From positions 52,454,001-52,518,000 of the forward strand of contig NW_024704742.1 of the NCBI RefSeq assembly GCF_018977255.1: 64,000 nt of DNA, written 5' to 3'. A program made the translations under genes and the position numbers. Of the stretch, positions 62,638 to 64,000 are shown in pieces; the first letter of the stretch is position 1, and every line of letters starts with the position of its first letter. The notes under the pieces are model-generated. The model was not told the DNA's origin. It saw only the letters and a program-made list of their open reading frames with translations, and searched no databases. Source of the stretch: Callorhinchus milii (Eukaryota).

Positions 62638-62845
62638 GGGAGAAATACCACCTGCACTTAGATTTACTCTATGTAATATTTTTGAGCGTTCAGTATTTGG
62701 CACATACTTAAATATAGCCAGTTTTCAAAAGAACTTACAGAAAACTTTTTAAGACTGAATTTATTGATTTTTCACATTCTGGATGCTTGACAATGTGACA
62801 TACTAAATGTTACAGGGTGAATCTAGACTCAGGTGGAATTTCTAA
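62638..62845. mobile_element. Palindromic MITE-like element, family B
   Basis: Termini agaaataccacctg / caggtggaatttct; further relatives at 38240-38430 and 54740-54912. Confidence 0.65.
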
Positions 62846-62932
62846 CTGGTAATATTTTATGAATGTTTCTAATTATAAGACTGAATCATAATGAAATGCA
62901 TGACCAATGATCTACTAAGATTTTCCTGAATT

Positions 62933-63252
62933 CAATAATAATGATCCTTGCATTTGATATAACGCTTTTCACGTAGGGAGGACGTCCCAAAGCGCTTCAC
63001 AGAACACACTGTAAAGTGAATTGACTGTATATTTGTGGGCGAACGCGGCAGCCAATTGCGCACAGCAATGTCCCACAAACAGTCGTAGATTGAAAGTGAC
63101 CAATTTATATTATTTTGGTTTGGATTTGGAGGGTTTATTATTAGGCGTATGGAGTAAGGAAACTTGCCCAAGGATTCGCCCTGCCTGGAATTGAAATCAG
63201 GTCACTCGCTTGCAAAGCGAGTGCTCTAACCACTGAGCTACAGGACTCCACA
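62933..63252 (-). mobile_element. tRNA-derived SINE, short subfamily
   Basis: Full-length reverse-complement copy. Confidence 0.92.
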
Positions 63253-63375
63253 AACATGTATTTGTGTATTAAAAACAAAGACACTGAAATCCTCTTTAAC
63301 AGACATTTGAGACCAGAAATTCCTTTTGCAGATATCTGCATTTGGGCTTATGCATAAGAAAATTTGTTTGTCAAC

Positions 63376-63810
63376 TTGGCTCAGTGATACTACTCTCGCT
63401 TCTGAGTCAGAAAGTTGCGGGTTCAAATCCCATGTCAGGGCTTGAACTCACATATTCTAAGAAAGCTGACACTCCACTGCAGTATTGAGGGGGTAGGGTG
63501 GCGGGGGGCGGTGCAGCATTGTCAGAGGTGCGTCCTTCAGTTGCAACCTTAAACCAAGGACCTGTCTGCCTGTTTAGGTGGACATTAAAGATCCCATGGC
63601 ACTATTCAAAAAGAGGAAGGAGTTTCTCCTGGTGTCCTGGCCAACGATCCCCCGAATAAAAATTGGTCACTCATTTCATGGTTGTTTGTGGGACAATGCT
63701 ATGCACAATTGTGCTGCCAATGCTTGTCTACAAATACAGTCACTTAATTTCACAAAAAATCCTATGAAGTGCTTTGAGACAAGGCACTATATCAAATGCA
63801 AGGATTATTG
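63376..63810 (+). mobile_element. Older DeuSINE (SacSINE1-like) with a different tRNA head
   Basis: Head ggctcagt..actctcgc.tctgagtcagaa.gttg.gggttcaa, body aaagatcccatggcactatt, Deu-like domain, L2 tail. Confidence 0.8.
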
Positions 63811-64000
63811 TAAAGAGCTTATCAATTCCTTTATTCCTAGATATTGCCCAGTAATCATGCATTAGTTCTTGCTTGGTTTCATTACACAAATTTTGCTAAC
63901 AGTGATTTGCATGGAAATTCTATTGAATGTTATAACTTGCACTTCAACAAATATAAAAACACCTCCAAGTGTAGTTAAGCATGTGCATGATGGATATATA

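Noticed and set aside
1..64000. CRISPR arrays, operons or other prokaryotic systems
   Set aside because: The sequence is eukaryotic, with spliceosomal introns and retroposons; no regularly spaced direct-repeat array was seen

Overview
Vertebrate genomic DNA, most likely from a cartilaginous fish and plausibly a chimaera. This is inferred only from the repeat content: DeuSINE-type tRNA SINEs, L2, CR1 and Penelope-like remnants. The minus strand of bases 930-20452 carries the 5' half of a KDR/VEGFR2 gene. I reconstructed 12 coding exons by hand, all with GT-AG boundaries and consistent phases (1657 nt, signal peptide plus Ig domains 1-5). The gene continues beyond the left edge of the window. 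A CpG-rich promoter with a TATA-like box lies at about 20.8 kb. The remaining ~43 kb upstream has no supportable host exon. It is filled with SINEs, LINE 3' fragments, palindromic MITE-like elements and a few unique motif-rich segments. The most notable observations are: (i) two minimal hammerhead-ribozyme motifs from Penelope-like elements in sense orientation inside KDR introns; (ii) loss of the Ig-D5 cysteine equivalent to human C482 (Arg here), with a new Cys nearby; (iii) a dense ETS/GATA/SOX/RBPJ/FOX:ETS cluster in intron 10, the intron that holds the mammalian Flk1in10 arterial enhancer. Human exon sizes and residue numbers are recalled from memory, not looked up. Repeat boundaries are approximate.
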